NCBI GenBank assembly: GCA_964016885.1
Contig: OZ024743.1
Span: 89,838,001-89,902,000, forward strand
Length of the DNA: 64,000 bases
Direction of reading: 5' to 3'
Source: Eledone cirrhosa
Taxonomy: Eukaryota
Part shown: positions 13,841-27,783 of the stretch, piece after piece
How positions within the stretch are numbered: the stretch's first letter is position 1
Layout: every line of letters begins with the position of its first letter
Notes under the pieces: model-generated
Seen by the model: only the letters and a program-made list of their open reading frames with translations
Told to the model about the DNA's origin: nothing
Databases searched by the model: none
Position numbers and translations under genes: made by a program

Positions 13841-14272
13841 CCAATAAAGTTTGTTTTTTGTGGTGCGAGAGACTCCTAGTCTTCATAAGACATCTCTCTA
13901 GGAGAAGTTCATTCTGATATAAAACCTGCGTCTTCGTTTGCATCCAATGATGGAGAGCAGTTCTTCTTTTTGGACAAATACATTCGATGTTCAGACAGTA
14001 GGATTGACCCCGTGCACAGCCTTTCCACACTAAAAAAAGCTTCAAGCACAGGCATCGCTTGATATGTGAATTTTTTGCGATGTATGGTGTTGCTGGCCAT
14101 ACGCAAGTCCCTAACATGACTAAAAAGCCATGTCCCTGGTACTCATGCTTAAGTATCAACCGATGGCATTACTCAAAATCGAGTTGCAGCTGTCATGTGT
14201 GTATGTATGTATGTATGTATGTATGTATGTATGTATGTATGTATGTATGTATGTATGTATGTATGTATGTAT

Positions 14273-14925
14273 GTTTCTCTTTCTCTTAATTTCGAGTATA
14301 TTTTTTGACCGGCCACCTTCCTGGTGGCAAGGTTGTAAAAGAAAAGAAATTGTCATCACTTCAGTAGCAAGAACGTTTTGAAAATGTTGAAGGTGTCAAC
14401 TATCGCAGCCATTTGTAGTCTATGCATTAGGGAGCTGCGTCCTTTGTCCACAAATCCAAGTTCAGTCATACTTTGGTCTAAGCAGGTTGGTATATAACCT
14501 GTAGCTCCAATAATGATGGGTATGAAGCTGAAGGTGTATCTTGGATACTGGATCTGCAAACTCCTCGTCAATGGTCCGTAGATGTCCTCCTTCTGTATTT
14601 TTCTTACAATGTTGATATCTAGTAGGCAGCTAATCTCCACAACAGAGCACGTTTTCAATGTGTGGTCCCAAACAACAATATCAGACCGGTTTATGCTTTA
14701 ATTTGGTGACAGTTTTTATTTTCAGGTTCCACCAGTATTCCTTAGTGTCATCTATCTCAACATATTCCTCCTCATTTGTTTTTAATTGTTTTCCTTGGTG
14801 GGTTCCAGATGGTTCTAGCTATCACATCGTGTCTCATAGGGAGGTAGTAGCGAGACGACATTCTTTCACAGTTGGCAACATTGTGGCTAACATATTCGAC
14901 CTTTGTTTTATTGTCGACTGATGGC
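14273..14925 (-). mobile_element. R4/Dong-like LINE 3' fragment (restriction-like endonuclease)
   Basis: CSVVEISC..KEDIYGPL..YTFSFIPIIIGATG; 3' end runs into (CATA)n at 14200-14272. Confidence 0.8.
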
Positions 14926-14969
14926 TCTCCTCATATGTATATGTGTGTGTATGTATGTATATATGTATG

Positions 14970-16813
14970 TTCTTCTGGTTTTATAATTTCACAAATGTTT
15001 GCTAATAGAGAGAGAGTCGGTTTCTAACATAGACACAAGACTCTCCAATTGGAATTTACACAACATCAACTAGGTAGATATGTACGCATGTCTGCATGCA
15101 TGTATGTGTAGAGATGGATGTTACTGTATGTGTGGATGTGGATGTTTTGAGTTGTATGTGTGCATGTGTATAGGCTTAGTATCTGTACATGTGTATATGC
15201 AGTTATCAGATGCAAAATGTTTGGAATGTTTTACATATTTTTACTGTTCCATTAATGGATTGTACTTGTAATTTCCTAACTAGTTGTGTTCTTTCTGTTC
15301 CTGTGAAGCCTAGCTTCTCAAGATTTGTATTGAGGCAGTTACTAACATACCCCAGTGCCCCAATAATCACAGGCATAAATCTGAAGGTATAATCAGGGTG
15401 GAGTATCTGCAGATTTCTCATTAGTTCTGCATAGATATTCTCTTTTTCGCTGATCTTTAATATTATATTGGCATCTGCTGGACAGCTAACTTCCACTACT
15501 GTGCATGCCTTCTTTTCCCTGTCCCATATCATAATATCTGGTCTGTTATGCCTGCATTTTATTGGCTTTTTTACTGGAATATTCCACCAGTACTCTTTCA
15601 TATTATGTATATGGATGTCTTCCACATTGCTGTAGCTTTTAATGTGTTTATTATCGGAGCTATCTTTTCTACGGATTGCATTGTGCAGTGTTTTGGCCAC
15701 TACATAATGCCTCATAGGTAGATAGTACCGCGATGACATCTTTGGACAGCTGCTGATGACATGGGTGACATATTCGATGGTAATTCTGCAGAGTCTGCAC
15801 TTGTTATCACATCTAGGTGTTTTGCCTGCATCCCTATCTCTTTTGTGAATCAGGTATTTCGTGTTGATTTCCTGTTCTTGGATTGCAAAAGCGTATCCTC
15901 CAAAGTGGGAGCCAACATAGTGGTTGTTGGTCCAAGATAGACTACTTTCCTTATCTATATTATTCTCACTCTGGAGCTTCCTGGAAACATACCCATGCAT
16001 GATTTTATGCTGATAAGCATGCAGTTTTTCATCCATGGATTCACTGCGGTACTGCTGAGCAACTTCTCTGGGTGTGAGTTTTTGATTATCACACAGGGAA
16101 TACCTCTCGAGGAGTTCCTTCCCAACTCACATGATCTTATCTGTTTCATGCAGATAGACCTGCTCGAGAGACGGGCTCCTACGCTTTAAGGTTCGTAAAT
16201 GTTGTCGGAGGGATAAGTTGCGACATTCAAATGCTGTCTGGACTGATGTTAGGCCTCTGCCTCCCTGCTTACGTTTCAAGTAAAGGCGGTCTATGTCACT
16301 GTTGATGTGGAAGTTTCCGGTGTTGTTTAGTATTTTTCGAGTTCTAACATCAATCGCTCGGATTTCGTCTATCGTCCAATTGAGTATTCCAAAGCTTGGT
16401 GTTAGGACAGGCACAGCAAACACATTGTGAGCCACTGTTTTGTTTTGCGCAGAGAGTTCCGATGACCGTACCTTTCCTAATCGGGTGTAGTATTCCCTGG
16501 TTACGCTTTCCTTATTACATATACTATTATAGGATGTTCTCATCTATCCCCAGGTATCTGTAGCAGTCCTCATCAGATATTGGTGAAACAGTTAGACCAT
16601 TGATACAAATGTTGCTAGATTGGGTTGTTGTTTTTCCCTGCTTTACAGTCATATATGAGCAATTATCTTGGCCAAACTCTATTCCTATATCCTTTGAGAA
16701 TGTAACCAGGTCAAGATTTTTCTTCATCCCATCCATGTTCTTGGCATAGAGTTTCAGATCATCCACAAAGAAATTATGGGTTAGGTTCGTATTTCTGTCC
16801 TCCTGTGAGCCAA
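14970..16813 (-). mobile_element. R4/Dong-like LINE, 5'-truncated: RT, CCHC zinc knuckle and restriction-like endonuclease, frameshifted
   Basis: FVDDLKLYA, YRYLG, RLYLKRKQGGRGL, AIQEQEINT, CRLC..E..THVISSC, RH..V, HNRPDI, VVEVSCP, KENIY; both ends in (CATA)n. Confidence 0.9.
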
Positions 16814-17029
16814 TGTATGTATGTATGTATGTATGTATGTATGTATGTATGTATGTATGTATGTATGTATGTATGTATGTATGTATGTATGTATGTATGT
16901 ATATACGTGTGTGGTTGTGTATGTATTGTTTTGTACATCGTCAAATATGTTTTATTTATTTTATAAATTAGGAAAACTCATCAAACTTGGCTGACTATCA
17001 AATATTGGTGAAATATATATCTCAATGTG

Positions 17030-17380
17030 AAGGCGCATGGCTTAATGGGAAGAGAATTGGGCTTGCATTTGGGAGGTTGTGAGTTCGATTCTCGGACGGG
17101 TTGACGCGTTGTGTCCTTCAGCAAGACACTTTATTTCACGTTGTTCCAGTTTACTCAGCTGTAGAAATGAATTGCGACGGCACTGGTGCCAAGCTGTATC
17201 AGCCATTGCCTTTCCCTTGGACAACATCGGTGGCGTAGCGTGGAGAGGGGAGACTGGTATGCATGGGCGACTACTGGTCTTCCACAAACAACCTTGCCCA
17301 GGCTTGTGCCTCGGAGGGAAGGTTTTAGGTATAAATCCCATGGTCATTCGTGACCAAAGGGTGTCTTTACCCTTGCCCTT
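17030..17380 (+). mobile_element. tRNA-derived SINE, family B
   Basis: Box A TGGCTTAATGG, box B GAGTTCGATTC, then GTTGTGTCCTT.AGCAAGACACTT and CCAG..TACTCAGCTG. Confidence 0.8.
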
Positions 17381-17444
17381 TTATATATGTCCATAGATCT
17401 ACAATGACTATATTTGTACATACCTGGGCACGAACTCATATAAC

Positions 17445-17690
17445 GTGGAAGAGACCACTGATGTCCTCGGTCCCCGAACAGCCGTGCCGCAAAACTGGAC
17501 AGAGTACATCCCACATGAGGAAAGAGCCTCGTGTAGTAGAGTGGCAGATGCAGCTGCTATCACTGGCTTTTCTCCGTCACGATGTCTTCACCATTCTGTC
17601 CACAGGGTGCAGCTGAGATATATCCCCTAGACTAGAGTGTAAAGCCTTACCGCTCCTTCCACCCTTCCAATTACTTTTATTTATTTATTT
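17445..17690 (+). mobile_element. CRE-like endonuclease 3' fragment
   Basis: Nucleotide homology to 8830-9050 (ATGTCCTCGGTCC.CGAACAGCCGT...GTGCA.CTGAGATAT). Confidence 0.7.
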
Positions 17691-18039
17691 GTGTTCCAGC
17701 CGAGGGGCTGAGGCTATGCTTGGACACTGTCACCGATGCTACATTTCCTATAGCCAGCCTTCCCTGGTTGGCCATTGATGCAAAAGGGTGTTTATTTATT
17801 TTCTATTTTTATTTTTGTTTATCGCAAACATAAAATTCAACTAAATTCATTGAATAAAACAAGGCTTTAAAAACCCCCAAACTGAACAGGATATAAAAGA
17901 TAAAAGAGCAGCTAGCTGATGTAGGGAGTGAAGTGGCTGGATGTCAGTATCCCTTACATTGGTATTTACTTCCATAAACATGACGTCATCACTACCCAAG
18001 ATGACATATGAGTGTTATTTACTGGACAAGACTGAAAGC

Positions 18040-18560
18040 AATGACTTCGTGGATGGTGAGGGAGGCGCGTTGGAAGAACCATTCCCGCTCACGAAGCTCA
18101 CACCTGCGGGTAGCCAACTCCGTTCCGATGGTGGTAAGTAGGGAGGGGTCCTATGGCCAAAGACACCAGATGTCTCCACTGCTATGGGCTCGACCGCAAA
18201 CCTGTCGAAGAACGATGATACTTGGCCCGAAGTGCAGCAGAGCCTGGATTACTCGCAGACTGTACCAGGTTGTCGCTGGAGAAAGTGTTGCTGCATGTGG
18301 CATCCCAGATGTGGGGTTTACCACCACCACCACAGAATGGGAAGATGGTCATGTCGTCTGGCCTTTTGCCGCCCCCTCAGTCCAGTCTCGCCGGCTCAAG
18401 CTAGGAGGGGTAGCCTGCAGCATCCAAGCCATGCTTTATGACCTCGTTGAGAGCAGCATGGCGTGGAAGTTGGCCGGCTCTGTAGCGACAGGACAGTGAG
18501 TGGAGACCGAAAGTGTCTACAGTGGATCCGCAGCGACATTTGTATGGCTGGCAGAACCGG
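18040..18560 (-). mobile_element. CRE-like non-LTR element fragment (zinc knuckle end and endonuclease)
   Basis: Manual translation: LSCRYRAGQLPRHAALNEVIK..LEP..GKRPDDMTIFPF..WDATCSNTF..PIAVETSGVFG..EREWFFQR.SL. Confidence 0.8.
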
Positions 18561-19179
18561 AGGCCGATCATCAGGGAAACTCCGATTCGCAGGCTCTTTA
18601 ACTTCTGATTTCAAATCCTAACGAGACCGACTTTCCCTTTCATCCTTCCCAGTTCCGCCTCCCACCAAATTTACTGGCATTGTGCCAAAAGTATAAATCA
18701 TTATACTTGTAGATTTTAAGATAAGGAACCATTAGTATTAACCTCTTCACCTTCCTATTAATTTGTTTTTAAATATTTAAACATAAAACACACATTAAGT
18801 TAAATTATCTGCACTTAAAAACTGGAAATGTATGACACAGACTATGAAAATTAACTCTCAGTAAAACATTATGTGGTCAACCACTCCTATCTTCAGTCTA
18901 AACCAATATATTATGTTTTAACCCTAAATAAAATATCTAGTTTAATCTCTACTTTAACGCAGTTTGACGTTCGTTGGCCTCAGCTCATTGCCTTGTTAGC
19001 AGATACGTTAAAAGTATTTAGACAATATCCTGGAGACTGCTGAGCTGTTAAAAAAAATCTACGCTATAACAAGAGCCGCGTCTGTCAGTCTGTCTGTCAT
19101 GCTCTCTTTATAGAAAGAGGGAAATACTATTCTACCTCTCACCCCACCTGTGTGCGTGCGTGTGTGTGTATGTGTGTGA

Positions 19180-19440
19180 GAGTGGGCTAGTGGGTAAAGT
19201 GTTGGTCTTAACATAAGGCCGTGTGTTCGATCCCTTGACCAGATGGTCTCTTTGTGCAAGTCACTTCATTTCATGTTGCTCCAGACTACTCAGCTGCCAA
19301 AAATGTGTACCAGCCACAGCATCAGGAGATTAATCCTGTGATGAACTGGCATCCCATCCAGGGAAGTCATGTGCTCTCAGTCGCTTTACAGCACATGAAA
19401 CTGGGATAATCTACGACCTGGTGAGTCTCTAGGCTCATAA
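19180..19440 (+). mobile_element. tRNA-derived SINE related to family B, different 3' domain
   Basis: tRNA-like head with GTTCGATCCC, ACTCAGCTG, then CCTGTGATGAACTGGCATCCCATCCAGGG. Confidence 0.7.
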
Positions 19441-20115
19441 AAGACCTTAAATGCTTTCTCGCCTCATGAAACACACGAAGATACTAACTTACCTACAGCA
19501 GGTGGAACAGACCATCAAATATAAATACCTGCAAAATACATTCGTAAATGACAGAAAGGCAGAGAAATATAGGACCACACAACATGGAAGTTGTTATTAG
19601 GGTTATAGTGAATGTCGGCCATACAATGGCAACAACTGAAAGGTTAACGATAGCAACAAGACTATATATAACACAGATTTACATAACAACGAAGGCGGGA
19701 AATAACGCAATAGAAATAGAGGTAAAAATCTATTATGATTCTTTTTCTTTTTCTTTTCTTTAACATCAACTCCAATGTTGGAGGTGTTGACAATGATTAG
19801 AGAAACAAATTGAGTTGTCTGATCTTACCGACTGGTGGCTGTTTGGTGGTTATTGAACACGGGTCTGAAGTAGTTCACTGAATATCACGTGATTGGTTAG
19901 TAGGGAGGTGATGGTGATGGGGTGGAGTAGGATGTGGAAGTGAAAAAAAGAAAAAAAGAAAGAAAGAAAGAAAGACAGACAGAGAAAGAAAAAGAAAGAA
20001 AGGAAGAAAAGACGAATGGGAAAGAAAAGGTGTGAATAATTGAAAGAATAAAAAGGAAAAAAGAAATGGAAAATGAGACTAAAAGGAATGAATGTGCTGA
20101 AGAAAATTTATAAAA

Positions 20116-20555
20116 TAATGGTTTCTGATTTAGGCACAAGGCCAGCAATTTTGTGGGAGGGGGAGTCAATTAAATCGACCCTAGCGCATTACTGGTACTT
20201 TATTTTATCGACCCCCCTCCCCCCTAATAAGGATGAAAGGCAAAGCTAACCTTAGCGGAATTTTAACTCAGAAAGTAAAGGGTCGTAACTCCATGCTGTG
20301 AATGTAGGATAAAACCTGAAAATAAAAGGGAAAATAAAACAATGTTTTCACCGTGAAGTGGTGAGGTGGGTAACTTGATTACAGAGAGAATTGCTGTTGC
20401 TTGTAATTGTTGCAAGTTTGGGGTAGACTATTCTTCTTATTATTATTATGTCGGCCCTTGTGGCTAATAAATGAAATCATTATTGGTCGATAAAATAAAG
20501 TACCAGTAATGTACTGGGTATTTGCTGGCCTTGTGCCAAAAGTAGAAACAATTAT
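20116..20555. mobile_element. SINE family A fragments (20116-20298 minus; 20485-20555 plus)
   Basis: Conserved body sequence. Confidence 0.8.
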
Positions 20556-20763
20556 TATTATTTTACTTCTTTTTTTCTTATTCTCCCCGTCCTCCTCCTC
20601 CTTCTTCTTCTTCTTCTTCTTCTTCTTCTTCTTCTTCTTCGCCCACTTATTCCTAAGAGGGTCGTGGGAGCGGAGCACCCAAATACTCCTTTCAGCGGAT
20701 CCTGTCAGAAGCAACATTCTGACAGGGTGATAACATGTAAAATATACCCCAGCTCTCTCGCTG

Positions 20764-21070
20764 TAGGTGGCAAATCGATAGAACATCGGTTAGAATACTT
20801 TGCTATATCTTCTGCTTCTCTGCTCTCTCAGTTCAAATCCCGCCGAGTTTAACTTTGCCTTATATCCATTTGAGGTCGATAAAAGAAGTATCAGTCTAAT
20901 ACTGGGGTCAATTCTTCCTCTATATCTCTTTCTCACTTTCTTTCTCTCACTTTCTATCCTTCTCTGGAAGAAATCTGGTGTATTCAGACCTAGAGAGGAT
21001 TGGGCACCGCCAGGTTTTAAAATGCCCTAGAAACGCCATATGTCAATATGGCGTCCCTACGGAACCATGC
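20764..21070 (+). mobile_element. Long-tailed SINE variant: family A-like head, CT-rich linker and ~130-bp tail
   Basis: Tail GGAAGAAAT..CAGACCT.GAGAG...TAAAATGC..TAGA.ACGC..TATGTCA recurs at 25528-25640, 38255-39465, 42855-42980 (-) and 43630-43750 (-). Confidence 0.7.
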
Positions 21071-21154
21071 AAGCCATGCTAATTCTCCCTCTCCCCTCTC
21101 TCTCTCTCTTTCGTGAACACATACACGCGCACACATTTTTCTTTCTCCCGCTTT

Positions 21155-21205
<51 letters not shown>

Positions 21206-23541
21206 CACACATACTCGCACACGCATACATACGCACTCACATACGTACACACATACTTTTCTTTCTTCTCTCTCTCTTTCTCTCTCTTCTCTCTCTTCTC
21301 TCTTGCACTTCTCTCTCGCACATCTCTCTCTATATATATATATCTGTCTTCTCTCTCTTCTCTCTTCTCTCTCTTTTCTCTCTCTCTCTTCTCTCTCCTC
21401 ACTTCTCTCTCCCTCCCCCTCCCTCTCTTTCTCTCTCTGCATCTCTTTCTCTATATTCCACTCCTTTAACTCTTAGCCATACATTAACAGTTGAAATATA
21501 CCCCCCCCCCCTTATACATATATATGCTGGGTCGACAGAAAAGTTGATAGATTGACTATGAAGGAGTGATGTTAGAGCTGTAAAATCTTGCACACATTCA
21601 TCTCTATTCTTCTTATTAATAACTGCATTGTTTCTTTCCAGAGTTTGTATTAAAAAAACAAACCCCATTTGGTCATTCCATTAGAGTATCTTGGTCAACC
21701 TATGAACTTTTCGACTGACGCTCATATAGGAGAAGTAACATCATACAGGTACGAAATTTATTATACACACACACGCACTCACACACACACAGATACACAC
21801 ACACGCACGCCCACGCACACAAACACACACACGCCCGCACACACACGCACACACGCACACACACACACACAAACACACACGCACACACACACACATAGAT
21901 ACACACACACGCACTCACACACACGCACGCCCACACACACGCATGCACACACACACACACACAAACACACATGCACACACACATATATGCTGAAACCGTC
22001 TTTTCTGTGTATAAGTTTGTGTGTTTCTGTCTATCATACCCGGATACAGAAGTAAAAATATGTTGATCATAATCTATAAAGCTCAGTGTATGGTCACATT
22101 TCTTTGTTATAGAAATCTACGATATAGAATTTCTTCAATTGAAATTTATAATTCAGTATTCAAAATAGCTTCGATTGGGTCATGGCACATATATTTTTTT
22201 CAATTTCACCCACAATTACGCAAAATATCGATAAAACTCAATATTTTACGATTTTTACTCTCTCATTTCAACTGCTAAACTCTTTCCATTACCCTTCAAA
22301 ATCTATACAACTTCGTACTTTCTGCTACTTTCTCTTTCCAAGCTGAAACAACTATTCTTTTCATTTTACATTGTTCATGTTGATGGTGATACTGTCTGTT
22401 TTACTCTCTCACTCATACACTTTACAGACTAAACAACAAAAACATTAGCCACATTAACGTACAATTTCGTTTATTCTAAATGTGAGTCTTCAAACTGATT
22501 TATTTATTTGCAAACACATACAAACACACACTCACATCAAATGAATAATTAAACTTTAAATCAATTTAACCACGTGCCGGATTTCTAACCACGCATACAC
22601 ACTTCATTAACAAATAAAAATTCTAATTTGCGACAATTATTTTCTTTCAATCGTAAAATCAAACGACATAATTATTTTCATTTTCGGTTGTTAATCTTCA
22701 TGGCGATAATACTACCCTTCCATTTCACATCATGTCAGTTAACAAATAATTTTTTAAAACACTATTCGCAGACTTCCTTAAACAACAAGATCAATTGCGT
22801 AGCCGGTATTCATTATGTAGCCGGTAAAGCTATGTAGCAGGTAAAAGGCTATGTAGTCAGTACGATGTTATATAGCATGGAAAGTTTATATAACCGGTAA
22901 ATGTTATGTCGCCGTTAGCATGTGTGTGTGTGTGTATTACCGTCAATACACACGTGTGTGTGTGTGTATTACCGTCAATACACACGTGTGTGTGTGCGTG
23001 TTTCAATGTAGTTTTCGTTAACAATGACGAGAGTACAATCGCGCCAGAAACAATTCAATTTCTCATTCTTAACTGCTAGGGACGTTCACAGGTTCATTAA
23101 GTACTTTCAGTAAGGAATAAAGAAATTAGGGATTGAACCCAAAACCACGACATAAACAGGCACCAACAAACGTTTTCTTTGTCCTGTCAAAAAGTGATTG
23201 ATCCTATCCCTTTCACCTACGACCTCAGTTAGGTCTAGCGAAAGTCAAATAGACAGGGGAACACCTATGTAGGTACAAACCCTGCTGCGGTATGTCTATT
23301 TTTCTAGCTGCAACCAGATTATATATACTGTAGTTAACAGAGACCATGATACACCAGGCCTGCAAACCAAACGAGATGGAATATTCATTATAATACATCA
23401 GTTCCTCAGCCCCGAGCAACACCGGGCACTTCTGCTAGTCTGTGTTAAATAAATGTCTCTCTGAAAAAAGTCTCAAAACCTCTTGAGTTTATCTCATATA
23501 TATATATATATTTTATATAATGTATACATATATATAAGAGA

Positions 23542-23731
23542 GGTCGGTGTATTGGCAGTATCGGTAAAGGGTCGGACGCCATGCTTTGCAGCAGAGAGTT
23601 ACGGCCCTTTATGATCTGAGTTCAAATCACGCCCAGGTTAACTTTGCCTTTCATCCTCATCGGGTCGATAAAATAAAGTACCAGTAATACACTGGAATAT
23701 TAGCTGCCCTTGTGCCAAAAGTAGAAACAAT
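23542..23731 (+). mobile_element. SINE family A copy
   Basis: Box A/B and body; within TA-rich sequence. Confidence 0.9.
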
Positions 23732-23780
23732 ATATATTATATATATCGTTTACATATATATTCTATATAGTGTATACATA

Positions 23781-25064
23781 TATATTTTGTACACTTAAAA
23801 TGTATTTTGTACACTTAATATGTATTTTGTACACTTAATATATATTTTGTACACTTAAAATGTATTTTGTACACTTAAAATGTATTTTGTACACTTAATA
23901 TGTATTTTGTACACTTAATATATATTTTGTACACTTAATATGTATTTTGTACACTTAATATGTATTGTGTACACTTAATATGTATTTTGTACACTTAATA
24001 TGTATTGTGTACATTTAATATATATTTTGTACACTTAATATGTATTTTGTACACTTAATATGTATTTTGTACACTTAATATGTATTTTGTACACTTAATA
24101 TATATTTTGTACACTTAAAATGTATTTTGTACACTTAATATGTATTTTATACACTTAATATATATTTTGTACACTTAAAATGTATTTTGTACACTTAAAA
24201 TGTATTTTGTACACTTAATATGTATTTTGTACACTTAATATATATTTTGTACACTTAATATGTATTTTGTACACTTAATATGTATTGTGTACACTTAATA
24301 TGTATTTTGTACATTTAATATATATTTTGTACACTTAATATGTATTTTGTACACTTAATATATATTTTGTACACTTAATATTTATTTTGTACACTTAATA
24401 TGTATTTTGTACACTTAATATGTATTTTGTACACTTAATATATATTTTGTACACTTAAAATGTATTTTGTACACTTAATATGTATTTTGTACACTTAATA
24501 TATATTTTGTACACTTAAAATGTATTTTGTACACTTAAAATGTATTTTGTACACTTAATATGTATTTTGTACACTTAATATATATTTTGTACACTTCATA
24601 TGTATTTTGTACACTTAATATGTATTGTGTACACTTAATATGTATTTTGTACACTTAATATGTATTGTGTACATTTAATATATATTGTGTACACTTAATA
24701 TGTATTTTGTACACTTAATATGTATTTTGTACACTTAATATGTATTTTGTACACTTAATATATATTTTGTACACTTAATATGTATTTTGTACACTTAATA
24801 TGTATTTTGTACACTTAATATGTATTTTGTACATTTAATATATATTTTGTACGCTTAATATGTATTTTGTACACTTAATATATATTTTGTACACTTAATA
24901 TGTATTTTGTACATTTAATATGTATTTTGTACACTTAATATGTATTTTGTACACTTAATATATATTTTGTACACTTAATATGTATTTTGTACACTTAATA
25001 TATATTTTGTACACTTAATATGTATTTTGTACACTTAATATATATTTTGTACACTTAATATGTA
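23781..25064. repeat. 20-bp satellite, about 64 copies
   Basis: Unit TRTATTTTGTACACTTAATA in exact 20-bp register. Confidence 0.98.
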
Positions 25065-25319
25065 ATACCCAATAAAACAGAATATTTAACTAACATAGTA
25101 GTACGGATGGTCTAAAACAATCGCCGCCCCCACATATAAAAATAAAATGGTAAAACAAATGCACAAATCTCACTTCTCCAAACTAAATGATAAGCTGCTC
25201 TTATTCCAGAGAGGAAATGCGATGTATTGCGCAACGATCTCAGAATATACTGCGTAAATACTGAATATAAAACGTTGTTTTTATACTGCGTACATATATT
25301 TATGTAGATATATGTATGT

Positions 25320-25477
25320 AAGGTGCAAATTAGCAGAGTCGTTAGAACGTCAGTTTAAATGCTTTGCGGTATTCGTTGCGGGGTTCTGCCCTCTGATTTC
25401 AAATCACACCGAAGTCAACCGTTCATTAAATCCTTTCGTGGTCCATAAAAAATACCAATCTTGTACTAAGGTCAGTA

Positions 25478-25531
<54 letters not shown>

Positions 25532-25640
25532 AAGAATTGAACTGTGTTCAGTCCTGACGAATTATCGGGCTCCGCCTGGTATAAGTGCCCGAAGTACAGA
25601 ACATATCACAAAGGTGCGTCTACGACTCTATCAGGAGTTA
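25320..25640 (+). mobile_element. Diverged long-tailed SINE
   Basis: Degenerate head, (CT)n linker, tail ending TACGACTCTATCAGGAGTTA. Confidence 0.65.
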
Positions 25641-25984
25641 ATGGATGAAAGGCTCGATATATAATGTGTGTGTGTGGGGAGGGGTGCACATGTGTGTGTG
25701 TGAGCTTGTACATGTAAAAGTGCATGCGTATGTGTCGTGCTTATGTGTCCCTTTATATCCTATAACTTAGCATGTCTACAAACAGATTGATAAAGTAAAT
25801 GCTAGACTGAAATATGTACTATAATCAACTATATTCTGAAATCAGGAAAGCTTACTTCATGATTTCTTGTGAATGAAACAGTTCTAGTCCTGCAGGAGCC
25901 ATTTCTATATTAAATCTGATGTTTACACTCTACTAATGTATTAACTGTGGTTAGCCCCGATTTAACTCGAGATCTCTCTCTATA

Positions 25985-26130
25985 TATGTGTGTGTGTATC
26001 TGCGCGGCTATGTGTGTGTGTGTGTATATGTGTATCCGCGCGGGTATATGTGTGTGTGTCTGCGCGGCTATGTGTGTGTGTGTGTGTGTGCGTGTATCTG
26101 CGCAGGTATGTGTGTGTGTGTGTGTGTATC

Positions 26131-26165
<35 letters not shown>

Positions 26166-27124
26166 CTGCGCGGATGTATGTGTGTGTGTATCCGCACGGG
26201 TATGTGTATGTATATGTGTATCCGCGCGGGTATGTGTGTGTGTGTATCTGCGCGGCTATGTGTGTGTGTGTGTGTATCTGCGTGGGTATGTCTGTGTGCG
26301 TGTATCTGCGCGGGTATGTGTGTGTGTATCCGCGCGGATGTGTGTGTGCGTGTGCCTGCACGGGTATGTGTGTGTATGTGTGTATCCGCGCGGCTATGTG
26401 TGTGTGTGTGTGTGTGTGTATCTGCGCGGGTATATGTGTGTGTGTGTGTGTGTGTGTATCTACGCGGGTATGTGTGTGTATATTTGCGCGGTTATGTGTG
26501 TGCGTGTATCTGCGCGGGCATGTGTGTGTGTGTATCTGCGCGGGTATGGGTGTGTGTGTATCTGCGCGGGCATGTGTGTGCGTGTGTGTATCTGCGCGGG
26601 TATGTGTATGTGTATCTGTCCGGGTATGTGTGTGTGTCTGCGCGGGTATGTGTGTGTGTGTGTGTATCTGCGCGGGTATGTGTGTGTGTGTGTGTCTGCG
26701 CGGGTATGTGTGTGTGTGTGTGTATCTGCGCGGGTATGTGTGTGTGTGTGTATCTGCGCGGGTATGTGTGTGTGTGTGTATCAGCGCGGGTATGTGTGTG
26801 TGTGTGTGTATCTGCGCGGGTATGTGTGTGTGTGTGTGTATCTGCGCGGGTATGTGTGCGTGTGTATATCTGCGCGGGTATGTGTGTGTGTATCTGTGCG
26901 GGTATGTGTGTGTGTGTGTGTGTATCTGCGCGGGTATGTGTGTGTGTGTGTGTGTATCTGCGCGGGTATGTGTGTGTATCTGCGCGGGTATGTGTGTGTG
27001 TGTGTGTATCTGCGCGGGTATGTGTGTGTGTGTGTGTATCTGCGCGGGTATGTGTGTGTGTGTGTGTGTGTGTGTGTATCTGCGCAGGTATGTGTGCGCG
27101 CGTGTATCTGCGCCGGTATGTGTG

Positions 27125-27198
<74 letters not shown>
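25985..27198. repeat. Compound minisatellite: ATCTGCGCGGGTAT cores separated by variable (GT)n
   Basis: Direct reading; the 400-aa CV/HT ORFs are artefacts. Confidence 0.95.
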
Positions 27199-27200
<2 letters not shown>

Positions 27201-27561
27201 TATACACACACTTCTTTTTATTAACCTCTTCACCTAGAAATCAGCCGAAAAGCCTAACGTGGAGTGTACATTCTGGTTACCAACTTTGAATTGTCTCTAT
27301 CGATTTATCACAACTGACTGCTTGTAGGGTTTGGTTGTTCAAGAGATACTGATCCAGTAGCTGCATGCTGGGACTGAACTTAAAAGCCATGTCTGAACAC
27401 TCTAGGCGGTAACTTATACTGTAGCTTTCGCTGCTTATTGATGGGGACTTCCACAAATAAAGTTGACGTCGGTGACGGCCTCATCAGAGACGCTGTACAC
27501 ACTAAAGTTGATCTCCGTTTGTTCCTATCAGGAAAGATTGTTGAACTCTTTTTCTGTGTCG

Positions 27562-27752
27562 GTGTGTGTGTGTAGGTGTAGGTGTATTTAGGTGAGTGTG
27601 TGTGTGTAGGTATGTGTTAATGTATGTGCATATATGTGTGTGTGTGTAGGTGTGCGTGTATGTGTGTGTGTGTGTGTAGGTGTATTTAGGTGAGTGTGTG
27701 TGTGTAGGTATATGTGAATGTATGTGCATATGTGTGTGTGTGTGTAGGTGTG

Positions 27753-27783
<31 letters not shown>

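Noticed and set aside
23408-23439. CCCGAGCAACACCGGGCACTTCTGCTAGT, a Helitron/Helentron-like terminal hairpin plus CTAG
   Set aside because: Suggestive, but the other end and a second copy could not be identified in the window
25947-27237. 400-aa Cys/Val- and His/Thr-rich ORFs (similar ones at 29343-30480, 33106-33590, 61058-61493)
   Set aside because: Stop-free translations of (GT)n/(CA)n repeats
27420-27495. Minus-strand CTGATGA...GAAA hammerhead candidate
   Set aside because: Stems I-III cannot be formed
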